Of a DNA stretch of 33,889 nucleotides, positions 25,941 to 33,889 are shown in pieces. Origin of the DNA: Spirochaetales bacterium (GTDB lineage: Bacteria; Spirochaetota; Spirochaetia; Treponematales; UBA12059); contig JAFGJV010000024.1 in assembly GCA_016928955.1 (NCBI GenBank), positions 1 to 33,889 on the forward strand. The letters run 5' to 3'. Within the stretch, counting starts at the first letter, position 1. Each line of letters opens with the position of its first letter. The position numbers were made by a program, and so were the translations under genes. The notes under the pieces are model-generated. The model was not told the origin of the DNA. It ran no database searches and saw only the letters and a list, made by a program, of their open reading frames with translations.

Positions 25941-27251
25941 TCACATCTTAAAGGTAACGCCGGCGCCCAGCTGCCAGCCGCCATAGCTGGGGAACAGCCC
26001 GGTCCAGCCAAAGAGGTAGTCTGCCTGGACTTCCGCGAACAGCTTCATGTCCCGCGTGACCAGGTAGGACACAAAGGCCCCGGCGGAAACGCCGATATGG
26101 GTGAACCAGGGATCGTCGTCCGTGGAGAAGGACTCCTCCAGAATGCGCACCAGGGCGTTGGAGCCCATGGCTATGCCGCCGCGCACGCCTATCTCCAGCC
26201 TGCGCATGTACGTGACGTACTCGGCTCCGATCACGGCGTTGAGCGGGAGGTAAAGGTCCAAGTCCGTGAGCATCTGGGCGGCCAGGTAGGGCTTGACGTT
26301 GTAGAATCCGCGGGTGGCCTCAAAGCGGGCGCCAATAACAAAGCTGGAACCCATGGATGATTCAAAATACTGGTAGCTATGGCCGTACAGGGCCAGGTCG
26401 GCGCCGGCGCGGGGCAGTTCCCGTAGCTGGGTGTCCTTGGCCGGCTGTATGCCGCTGTACAGGATGATGGCCGTGGACACCTCTGTGCCTACTTCCTTGA
26501 TGAGGAGCAGGCCGACTTCCTTCTCGTCCTTGTAGCCTTCATACTCTGATTTTTCTATGACCAGGTATTCGTCGCCCTTCTGGATGCCCATGTTCGAGCC
26601 CAGCTCGATCTTGACCTCTCCGCCGGTCATGCCGAGCACGCGCGTGTGGAGCGTGAACGCGGGAATGCTGCGGATTTCGTACTGCAGCTGCATGGGTATG
26701 GAGTCTATGGCAGACTGTATGGCCTTGAAGTCCGTCTCCCTGCTGGAACCGAAGGTCTCCACGTCAGCTATGCCGATGAGGGTGCCGTCGGCCACGTCTA
26801 TGAAGCTGACGGTGGTCTTTATGTCCGCCTGCCACTCCTTGCCGTCCACGAAGGCCAGGTTGTACGAGGTGACCACGGGCACGGCCACGATGAACGCCCC
26901 GATCAGCCGGTTGAAGTCCGCCTCGGTAAGGAGCGCCTCGCCGAACTGGTATTCTTCCGGCAGTACGAAGTTTTCCTCGTTCATCTGGCGCAGGATGCTG
27001 ATGAACTGGTCCACGCTGGAACTGGAGAAGCGCTGCTGCATACCGATGATGTTGAAGCGTCCCAGATCCAGGAAAACTTTCTGGATCTCTATGTCGATGG
27101 TGCCCAGGGTTTCAAGCGGGATGTCCCAGCCGTAATACCCGAGGGAGAAAATGGCCACGTCCTTGCGCTCGCTGACCGTTGGCTGGCCAAAGGCGGCGAC
27201 TGAAGCGACAAGTACGAGGGCGACGAGGGCAAAAGCCTTCCTGGATTTCAT
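25941..27251 (-). CDS. Exported, probable outer-membrane protein (CsgG/FlgT-like N-terminal and middle region, C-terminal beta-barrel)
   Basis: Signal peptide ..AAFG. The segment IELGSNMGIQKGDEY..EVGLLLIKEV resembles the FlgT C-terminal domain. Amphipathic beta-strands end in WQLGAGVTFKM. GGAGG RBS. Confidence 0.7.
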   Translation of the reverse strand: MKSRKAFALVALVLVASVAAFGQPTVSERKDVAIFSLGYYGWDIPLETLGTIDIEIQKVFLDLGRFNIIGMQQRFSSSSVDQFISILRQMNEENFVLPEEYQFGEALLTEADFNRLIGAFIVAVPVVTSYNLAFVDGKEWQADIKTTVSFIDVADGTLIGIADVETFGSSRETDFKAIQSAIDSIPMQLQYEIRSIPAFTLHTRVLGMTGGEVKIELGSNMGIQKGDEYLVIEKSEYEGYKDEKEVGLLLIKEVGTEVSTAIILYSGIQPAKDTQLRELPRAGADLALYGHSYQYFESSMGSSFVIGARFEATRGFYNVKPYLAAQMLTDLDLYLPLNAVIGAEYVTYMRRLEIGVRGGIAMGSNALVRILEESFSTDDDPWFTHIGVSAGAFVSYLVTRDMKLFAEVQADYLFGWTGLFPSYGGWQLGAGVTFKM

Positions 27252-27380
27252 GGGTCCTCCCTGTGGGCGCTAGAAACCTCAGCGGGTTTTCTGCGCGCTA
27301 CTCGTTCCGGTCAAAAATCATCTCAGGCGCGCACGTTTTTAGCTACGTGATGATGCCTGGTGACAGGCAAGCCCAGCTAA

Positions 27381-27409
27381 ATCTTGTCCGAATCATAGCA
27401 CGCTGTCAA
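27381..27409 (-). promoter_or_regulatory. Candidate promoter of the envelope operon
   Basis: TTGACA-N17-CAAGAT. An extended -10 element TGCTATGAT also lies at 27392-27400. Confidence 0.45.
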
Positions 27410-27456
27410 TGAATATGCAGGGGGTGGGCGGCTCTTTGCCATAGGAGAGCCGGGCC

Positions 27457-27486
27457 TTGCGCGGTTCGTGCCGGGCGGTCTATCGT
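27457..27486 (+). promoter_or_regulatory. Promoter for a probably leaderless mnmE transcript
   Basis: TTGCGC-N18-TATCGT ends 6 nt before the ATG at 27493. No SD sequence is present. Confidence 0.5.
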
Positions 27487-27492
27487 TCGGTC

Positions 27493-28845
27493 ATGGGAAC
27501 GGGCTATCTGGACAGCGACGACGACATAGCGGCTCTGGCGACGCCTCAGGGAACGGGCGCCCTGGCCGTGACGCGGATTGCGGGACCGGGCTGCGTGGAG
27601 CGGCTGGCCCGGGTTTTTTCCCGGCCGGACGTGCTCCGCTCGGCCGCCGGCTATGCCGCCGTGTACGGCAAGGTCCTGGACTCCGCCTTAGTACCCGTGG
27701 ACGAGGTCGTGGCCGTTGTGTTCCGCTCGCCCCGCAGCTACACGGGCCAGGACGGGGTGGACATCATGGGCCACGGCGGCATGGCAAGTCCTGCCCGCGT
27801 CATGGACGCTCTTATGGCCGCGGGTTTCAGGCTGGCCCTGCCCGGGGAATTCACCTTCAGGGCTTTTGCCTCCGGCCGGATAGACCTGGCCCGGGCAGAG
27901 GCCGTAGACGAACTGGTGCGGGCCCGCACGGCGGAAGCCCAGGCGGACGCCCTGGAGCGCCTGGGTGGAGGCCTGTCCAGGCAGCTGGACGAACTCATAG
28001 GGGAGCTGGTCCGCCTGGCCGCGGCCTGCGAGCTGCGCTTGGATTACGGCGAGGACGAGCATCCCGAGGATTTTGCGGAGGCGCTCCCGGCTCTCGGAGC
28101 CGTGCGGGAGCGCTGCGCCGAACTGGCTGACAGTTACGCCGTCGGGCGCCTGCGCGACCGAGGCGCAAGGGTCGCCTTGGCAGGCAAGACCAACGCGGGC
28201 AAGTCGTCGCTCTTTAACCGGCTCTTAAAAGAAGAACGGGCCCTGGTGTCCGCTCACCCGGGCACCACCCGCGACTATCTGGAGGCGGAGCTGGACCTGG
28301 GCGGCGTGCCCGTGGTGCTGGTGGATACCGCCGGCCTCAGGGTCACCAGCGATCCGGTGGAAGAGGAAGGGGTCAGGCGCACCAGGCTCATGGCCGAAGG
28401 CGCGGATTTGGTCGTGTACGTGGCCGACGGCAGGCACGCGCTCGATGAAGACGACTATGCGGTACTGGCCGCCCACCCGGGCGCCGTACTTGTGTGGAAC
28501 AAGATTGACGATCCGGAGGCGCTCTCGGCTCCCGCGGACTGGCTTCCGGTATCAGCGCGGGACGGCACGGGCGAGCGTCAGCTGGGAGCCGCGATCGCCC
28601 GGGCGCTGGGAGCGTCGGCCGGAGAGGCGCGGCTCCGCGTGGCCAGCAAGCGGCAGCACGACGCCCTGGCCCGGGCCCGGGACGCCCTGACCGACGCCGA
28701 GCGGGCCTTCCTGGACGGCGAGCCTTTGGACGCCGTGGCCGTTGATCTGGCAGTGGCCCTGGACGCTTTGCGCGGAATCGGGGGCAAAACCGGCTCCGAG
28801 GACGTGTTGGAAGCCTTGTTCAGCAATTTTTGCGTGGGAAAGTGA
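27493..28845 (+). CDS. mnmE: tRNA uridine-34 modification GTPase MnmE (TrmE)
   Basis: [24 protein letters not shown]1 [22 protein letters not shown] and C-terminal FCVGK. Confidence 0.97.
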   Translation: MGTGYLDSDDDIAALATPQGTGALAVTRIAGPGCVERLARVFSRPDVLRSAAGYAAVYGKVLDSALVPVDEVVAVVFRSPRSYTGQDGVDIMGHGGMASPARVMDALMAAGFRLALPGEFTFRAFASGRIDLARAEAVDELVRARTAEAQADALERLGGGLSRQLDELIGELVRLAAACELRLDYGEDEHPEDFAEALPALGAVRERCAELADSYAVGRLRDRGARVALAGKTNAGKSSLFNRLLKEERALVSAHPGTTRDYLEAELDLGGVPVVLVDTAGLRVTSDPVEEEGVRRTRLMAEGADLVVYVADGRHALDEDDYAVLAAHPGAVLVWNKIDDPEALSAPADWLPVSARDGTGERQLGAAIARALGASAGEARLRVASKRQHDALARARDALTDAERAFLDGEPLDAVAVDLAVALDALRGIGGKTGSEDVLEALFSNFCVGK

Positions 28846-28846
28846 T

Positions 28847-30691
28847 ATGTCTGACTTTGACGTGGTGGTAGTTGGCGGAGGGCATGCCGGCATTGAGGCC
28901 GCCCTGGCCCCGGCCAGGCTTGGCAAGAGCGTGCTTCTCATCACCCAGAACCCGGACGCCATAGGCAGGATGTCCTGCAACCCGTCCATAGGCGGCCTGT
29001 CCAAGGGCAACCTGGTGCGCGAGGTGGATGCCCTGGGCGGCCAGATGGGCCTTTTGATAGACCGGACCTCGATACAGTGGCGGCTGCTCAACCGGTCCCG
29101 TGGGCCCGCCGTGCAGGCTCCCCGCGCCCAGGCCGACAAAGCCGCCTATTCGGAGGCCGCGCGTCGGGCCCTGGAGGGCCAGAGCGGCCTCCGCATATTC
29201 ATGGACACGGTGACCGATATCATGGTGTCGGCTGACGGGTCGCGGGTCCAGGGCGTGGTCACCGAGCGCGGGCACCATATTAGCGCCCGGGCCGTTATCG
29301 TCGCCGCGGGCACTTTTATGGAAGGAACCATCTTTATCGGCGAATGGAGGTCCAGGTCCGGCCGCCTGGGCGAACAGGCAGCGCTTGGCCTTGGCACGGC
29401 CCTCAGGAAGCGCGGTTTTCCCCTGGGGCGCATGAAAACTGGCACGCCGGCGCGCGTCAAGGCGTCCACCGTGGATTTTGACGCTCTGGAAATCCAGCAT
29501 GGCGACGCGGACAGTTTTCCCTTCAGCTTCATGAACGACGCCATCCAGGTGAAGGACAGGACCTGCGCCATCGCATACACCAATGAGCGCACCAACGCGA
29601 TCATACGGGCCAACATCCACCGTTCACCCCTGTTCTCCGGCGACATCGTGGGCAAGGGTCCCCGCTACTGTCCAAGCATAGAGGACAAGGTGGTGAAGTT
29701 CCCCGACCGCGAGCGTCACCAGATTTTCATAGAGCCCGAGGGCGACTATACCGACGAGCTGTATCTCAACGGACTGTCGTCGTCCTTGCCGGAGGATGTC
29801 CAACTCCAGCTGGTCCGTACCCTGGACGGCTGCTCAAAAGCCGAGATCGTACGGCCCGGATACGCCGTGGAGTACGACTATGTGGATCCCCGCGACCTTT
29901 TTCCCACGCTGGAGTCTAAGCGCCTTGCCGGCCTGTATTTTGCCGGGCAGACCAACGGCACCTCGGGCTACGAGGAGGCGGCGGCCCAGGGCATACTGGC
30001 CGGCATCAACGCGTCGCTTGGCCTGGACGGCCGCCCCGGGCTTGTGCTGTCTCGCTCGGAATCGTATGTAGGCGTCATGGTCGACGACCTGGTAACCCTG
30101 GGCGCCAAAGAACCGTATCGCATGTTCACGAGCCGCGCGGAAAGGCGGCTGGCCCTCAGGCACGACACGGCCGACCGCAGGCTGACCCCGATAGCAGAGC
30201 GGGTTGGCCTGGCGTCCGCCGAGAGGCTGGAGCGCCTGCGCGCCAAGCTGTCAGGCATGGACGAGATACTGGAGCTGTTGAGGAAGCGCCGCCTGCAGAA
30301 AACCGACGCGGACACGCCAGCCCTTGCCGGCCATGTTGGAGAAAGCCTTGCTGATGCGCTCAGGGACCACAAGGTCGCCGAGTTGGACCTTGCGGGCATA
30401 GAGCCCTCCCTGTGCGCCTATCCCCGCCTCTGGGTGGACGGCGTCGTTCTGGACCTGCGCTACGAAGGGTATATTGAAAAGGAAGCCAGGCTGTCCGCCA
30501 GGCTGGGCCGGCTGGACGCCGCCAGGATACCGCCGGACTTTGACTACGCGAGCGTGGACGGCCTGTCGGCGGAAGCCAGGGAGAAGCTCGCGGAAGCCAG
30601 GCCGCTGACCCTGGGGCAGGCGTCACGGGTGCCGGGCGTCAGGCAGTCCGACGCAGCCCTGTTGGCCATCCGTCTATCGGCCAGAAGCTAA
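28847..30691 (+). CDS. mnmG: tRNA uridine-5-carboxymethylaminomethyl(34) synthesis enzyme MnmG (GidA)
   Basis: [52 protein letters not shown] and [11 protein letters not shown]. Start is the ATG at 28847. Confidence 0.98.
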   Translation: MSDFDVVVVGGGHAGIEAALAPARLGKSVLLITQNPDAIGRMSCNPSIGGLSKGNLVREVDALGGQMGLLIDRTSIQWRLLNRSRGPAVQAPRAQADKAAYSEAARRALEGQSGLRIFMDTVTDIMVSADGSRVQGVVTERGHHISARAVIVAAGTFMEGTIFIGEWRSRSGRLGEQAALGLGTALRKRGFPLGRMKTGTPARVKASTVDFDALEIQHGDADSFPFSFMNDAIQVKDRTCAIAYTNERTNAIIRANIHRSPLFSGDIVGKGPRYCPSIEDKVVKFPDRERHQIFIEPEGDYTDELYLNGLSSSLPEDVQLQLVRTLDGCSKAEIVRPGYAVEYDYVDPRDLFPTLESKRLAGLYFAGQTNGTSGYEEAAAQGILAGINASLGLDGRPGLVLSRSESYVGVMVDDLVTLGAKEPYRMFTSRAERRLALRHDTADRRLTPIAERVGLASAERLERLRAKLSGMDEILELLRKRRLQKTDADTPALAGHVGESLADALRDHKVAELDLAGIEPSLCAYPRLWVDGVVLDLRYEGYIEKEARLSARLGRLDAARIPPDFDYASVDGLSAEAREKLAEARPLTLGQASRVPGVRQSDAALLAIRLSARS

Positions 30692-30700
30692 AAGCCCGCG

Positions 30701-31318
30701 TCAGTCGGCCTTGGGCTTGATGCCGCACAGCGATTGCAGGTCATGTTTGGCCCGGTCCAGGGCGTCCTGGTACTGGGCTTTCATCTGTCCTACGTTCTGT
30801 TTGTAAAAGGCGGCGAATTCCGGATCGGACATGGGATCCACGCGGACGGCCCTGCCCATGCGCGCGGACATTTCCTGCTCCTTGGCCTTGAGCCGGGGGG
30901 CGTATTGTTTCCGTATGGCTTCGTCGACCTTTTTGGCGTCGTCCAGATACTGGGACAGAAAGCCGTTCAGCTGGCCAAAGAGCTCGCCCACGGACGTGGC
31001 TGCGCCTGGCGCCTGGCACAAGGCCTTGAGACCCGCTTCCACGGGGCCCATGTCTGCTTCCGGGTCAGCTACCGCCGACAGGGGGAGCTGGAGCCTGGAT
31101 GTGAAGATTTCAAAGCAGCCTTCCCGGAACGCGTCGGCCCTGTCCCGCGGCACCGCTTTGAGCTTGGCCGGAAAATCTATGTCCGAGGGCGAGGCCAGGA
31201 ATTCGCCGGCAAGGCGCTTGCCGTCCTGCCTGGCTTCTGTTTCCGCAAGGGCGCGCGGGTCAACCTTGAGGTCCTTGGTCCGTTCCATAGCGAGTTCGAG
31301 GGCGCTTTTTATGGGCAT
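30701..31318 (-). CDS. Conserved hypothetical alpha-helical protein (possibly DUF6657-like)
   Basis: N-terminus MPIKSALELAMERTK. Start is the ATG at 31318 behind AGGGAG. Codon usage is typical for this window. Confidence 0.75.
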   Translation of the reverse strand: MPIKSALELAMERTKDLKVDPRALAETEARQDGKRLAGEFLASPSDIDFPAKLKAVPRDRADAFREGCFEIFTSRLQLPLSAVADPEADMGPVEAGLKALCQAPGAATSVGELFGQLNGFLSQYLDDAKKVDEAIRKQYAPRLKAKEQEMSARMGRAVRVDPMSDPEFAAFYKQNVGQMKAQYQDALDRAKHDLQSLCGIKPKAD

Positions 31319-31416
31319 GTCGTTCTCCCTTGAGGTTTCCCCAGACGGGATGCCGAAAGCAATCGGGCCTTCAACATCCCGGTTCAACCAGCCGGGTTTC
31401 AGGGCTGGCCTTGTCG

Positions 31417-32220
31417 TCAAGAATTGGCTATGCGGCCGCCCGAGCCATCCGGGGCCGCGGGTTCCCTGAGATCGCGGGCCATCATGACCACCTTGTCAAT
31501 GATGGACACGACGACGATGGAGCCGACGACCGCCTCCATGGCCGTGAAGACCCAATACGGTATGTTGGCCACGAAGCGCAAAAGCTCGGCCGCGTACAGA
31601 ACCATGGTCGCCGCCACGGTGATCTTCCCGAGCAGGGTGGTGCGCGGCGTTATCTTCTTTTTAACGCCGATCACCACCAGCACCATGATGGTCTGACCGG
31701 CGAGCCTGGCCACCAGAAGCCCCAAAAACCATACGGGTATGAGATGAAAATAGTAATAGACGAGCGATATGACAAACAGAAGGCTGTAGTCGCTCGCCGA
31801 ATCCATCATCCTGCCGACCCGCGTCACCTCGTTGCCTCGGCGGGACACGTAGCCGTCCAGGAAGTCGGTCAGGAACACGATGACCACCAGGGCTATGAGG
31901 GGATAGCGCATGGGGTAGTCTTTGCTGGCCAGGATGACAAAAAGCACGGTTGGCAGGGTGCTGACCCTGAACAGGGTTATCCTGTTTGCCAGGTTGACGC
32001 GTTCCAGCTTCTGGCCATCAGGTTCTTTGACAAAATCGTTCTTGAATAGCAGGAGCATGAACAGAAGCAGCCCGTGGAAGGCTATTGCGCTGAGGGCAAA
32101 GGGCAGGATGTAGCGCCCCGTGAACCCGAAGGGCAGCGCGTAGCCAAGGAATATGGCAAACTGTCCGGCCAGGTAAACCGCCACCGTGGTGACGATGCTG
32201 GATGTCAGCCTATCGCGCAT
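31417..32220 (-). CDS. CDP-alcohol phosphatidyltransferase family protein with extra N-terminal TM helices
   Basis: NLANRITLFR and the signature DFLDGYVSRRGNEVTRVGRMMDSASD. Confidence 0.88.
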   Translation of the reverse strand: MRDRLTSSIVTTVAVYLAGQFAIFLGYALPFGFTGRYILPFALSAIAFHGLLLFMLLLFKNDFVKEPDGQKLERVNLANRITLFRVSTLPTVLFVILASKDYPMRYPLIALVVIVFLTDFLDGYVSRRGNEVTRVGRMMDSASDYSLLFVISLVYYYFHLIPVWFLGLLVARLAGQTIMVLVVIGVKKKITPRTTLLGKITVAATMVLYAAELLRFVANIPYWVFTAMEAVVGSIVVVSIIDKVVMMARDLREPAAPDGSGGRIANS

Positions 32221-32223
32221 GTA

Positions 32224-32802
32224 TCAGTCTTTCTCCGCCAGCCGGCGATAGGCTAGGGCGTAATCGATCATGGTCCACACGGCCGTGGCCGCGCACGCGT
32301 AGAACGTGATCTGGGCAAGCGTTTCGGCTATTGACTGGAAATTCAAAGGCAGGAAACCCCGAGCCAGCACCACCGCTATGCCGGCCCCGCCCGCCACCGC
32401 GTATACCCAGGCCTTGATCTTGCCGGACAGCTGGGCTGCCATGGCCACGCCCTTGCGCATGGCAAGAATGCGGACAAAAGACACGCCCAGGTCTCGGTAG
32501 AGCACCAGGATGAACACCCAGCCGGGCATGAGGCCGCTCATCACAAAGCTGAAGAAATACGTCAGGCGGGCCAGGGAGTCCGCAAAGGGATCAAAGAGCT
32601 TGCCGAAATCGGACACGGTCCCCGTTTTTCTGGCAACCGCCCCGTCCAGCGCGTCCGTGATTTCCATGATGAGGAAGAGGACGACGATGCAGACTGCGGG
32701 CACTATCCCGATTGTTGAAGAAGCGGCCGTTGTGGTAAAAAGCAGGTAGAAAGCCGGCGCCAAGGCTATTCGTAGCCCGGTTACGATTGTTGCTGGAGTC
32801 AT
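32224..32802 (-). CDS. pgsA: CDP-diacylglycerol--glycerol-3-phosphate 3-phosphatidyltransferase
   Basis: DALDGAVARKTGTVSDFGKLFDPFAD, RD and AAQLSGKIK. Start reassigned to the ATG at 32802. Confidence 0.85.
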   Translation of the reverse strand: MTPATIVTGLRIALAPAFYLLFTTTAASSTIGIVPAVCIVVLFLIMEITDALDGAVARKTGTVSDFGKLFDPFADSLARLTYFFSFVMSGLMPGWVFILVLYRDLGVSFVRILAMRKGVAMAAQLSGKIKAWVYAVAGGAGIAVVLARGFLPLNFQSIAETLAQITFYACAATAVWTMIDYALAYRRLAEKD

Positions 32803-32808
32803 GAGGCG

Positions 32809-32837
32809 ACTATAGCGACCGTATGGCGCTTGGTCAA
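32809..32837 (-). promoter_or_regulatory. Near-consensus promoter giving a leaderless pgsA transcript
   Basis: TTGACC-N17-TATAGT ends 6 nt before the ATG at 32802. Confidence 0.7.
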
Positions 32838-32932
32838 TCTTTACTATTATGAGGCGGATCCCGAGCGCTTCCGCGGTCCTCCCAGCGCGACTCTCGGGCG
32901 CGGGGCGGCAACCTGCTCGGTTTGGAGGAAAC

Positions 32933-33730
32933 ATGCTTCCTATACGCGACCTCTGTGCCGCTTCCGCGAGCAGGGTCCGCTTTGTCCTATTCGACATAGA
33001 CGACACGATTACCAAGGACGGCTACCTTTTACGTGAGTCGTATGAAGCTATCTGGGCGCTCAGGGAGGCCGGCCTTCAGGCAGTGCCCGTGACGGGACGT
33101 CCCGCGGGTTGGTGCGACCTCATAGCGCGGCAGTGGCCCGTGGCCGGTGTGGTGGGAGAGAACGGCGCCTTTGCCATGTTCCAGAAAAACGGGTCGCTGG
33201 AGCGTATGTACCATCCCCTGGCGCCAGAACCTAGGGCAAACGCGGAGCGCTTGGCCGCCCTGGGTGGCAGGGCAATGTCTGCTTTCCCGGGACTCCGTGT
33301 GGCAAAAGACCAGCCCTTCCGCCTGTTTGACCTTGCTCTGGATTTTGCGGAAGAGGAACCGAACCTGGGGCTAGACACGGCGCGGCGGGTCAGGGAATTC
33401 TGCGTGAACGATGGCGCCGTTGCCAAGGTCAGTTCCATCCACGTGAACGCGTGGTACGGAGCCTACGATAAATTGTCCATGGCCGAACGTTTTCTGGAGC
33501 TTGAATTCGGCTACGATCCAGCCCGAGATGAGGATTCCGTCGTCTATTTTGGCGACTCTCCCAACGATGAGCCTATGTTCAGGCGCTACTCCCTGTCCTG
33601 TGGCGTAGGAAATGTGCAGAGTTTTGCTGAATTTATGGAGCATCCTCCGAAGTACGTGACTTCTCTTTCCTATGGATACGGTTTTGCCGAAGGCGTCGGG
33701 CTGATTTTGAAAATGATTGAAAAACGATGA
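32933..33730 (+). CDS. HAD-IIB family hydrolase
   Basis: FDIDDT, VTGR, GENG, K and FGDSPND. Start is the ATG at 32933 behind GGAGG. Confidence 0.9.
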   Translation: MLPIRDLCAASASRVRFVLFDIDDTITKDGYLLRESYEAIWALREAGLQAVPVTGRPAGWCDLIARQWPVAGVVGENGAFAMFQKNGSLERMYHPLAPEPRANAERLAALGGRAMSAFPGLRVAKDQPFRLFDLALDFAEEEPNLGLDTARRVREFCVNDGAVAKVSSIHVNAWYGAYDKLSMAERFLELEFGYDPARDEDSVVYFGDSPNDEPMFRRYSLSCGVGNVQSFAEFMEHPPKYVTSLSYGYGFAEGVGLILKMIEKR

Positions 33731-33759
33731 ATTTGGCATCGAATTTTGCAAAAAAGCAA

Positions 33760-33789
33760 TTGACACTGGAGAGGCAGGTGGGATAGCTT
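33760..33789 (+). promoter_or_regulatory. Sigma70 promoter P1 with an upstream A-tract and GC-rich discriminator
   Basis: TTGACA-N18-TAGCTT, preceded by GCAAAAAAGCAA and followed by AAGCGTCGCGCC. Confidence 0.55.
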
Positions 33790-33861
33790 AAGCGTCGCGC
33801 CACGCGATGGCGGCGCCGAGTGGTTTTCAGTCGTGTCGGACGAGCGTTTTAACAAATCCGC

Positions 33862-33889
33862 TTGACAGAACTTTGAACCTGCGCTATAA
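33862..33889 (+). promoter_or_regulatory. Consensus sigma70 promoter P2, truncated at the window edge
   Basis: TTGACA-N17-TATAA at the very end of the sequence. Confidence 0.75.

Noticed and set aside
32855..32925. Possible riboswitch (GGCAACC, SAM-I-like) in the HAD gene leader
   Set aside because: The other SAM-I core elements are missing, and the stems are explicable by GC content.
32803..33015. N-terminal extensions of pgsA and the HAD gene that would overlap head to head
   Set aside because: The promoter and SD positions support starts at 32802 and 32933.

Overview
GC-rich bacterial chromosomal segment, probably from a free-living anaerobic spirochaete (inferred from the gene family types, not proven). 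I found no mobile-element genes, CRISPR array, tRNA or rRNA. From left to right it holds: (1) a minus-strand alpha-glucoside uptake and phosphorolysis operon (binding lipoprotein, two permeases, LacI regulator, GH65 phosphorylase fused to beta-phosphoglucomutase); (2) a UbiA/MenA-type prenyltransferase; (3) glycogen phosphorylase with a LacI-type operator inside its promoter; (4) an AsnB-like amide synthetase lacking the catalytic Cys; (5) an AAA_14/DUF4143-like protein with eroded catalytic motifs; (6) a three-gene anaerobic glycerol-3-phosphate dehydrogenase-type cluster; (7) an ECF sigma/zinc anti-sigma module; (8) Hsp20 with a thermometer-like leader; (9) a CpdB-type nucleotidase; (10) a six-gene envelope cluster (outer-membrane protein, PspA-like protein, GDPD, membrane protein, TPR protein, Ser/Thr kinase); (11) mnmE-mnmG; (12) a conserved hypothetical gene, two CDP-alcohol phosphatidyltransferases and a HAD hydrolase; (13) tandem rrn-like promoters at the right edge. 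The main non-coding signals are a dispersed CAAAA..TTTTG palindrome family including a REPIN-like doublet, and at least three apparently leaderless genes. The best candidate for an undescribed system is the six-gene envelope cluster at 22120-27251. All family assignments come from reading motifs by eye, and no searches were run.
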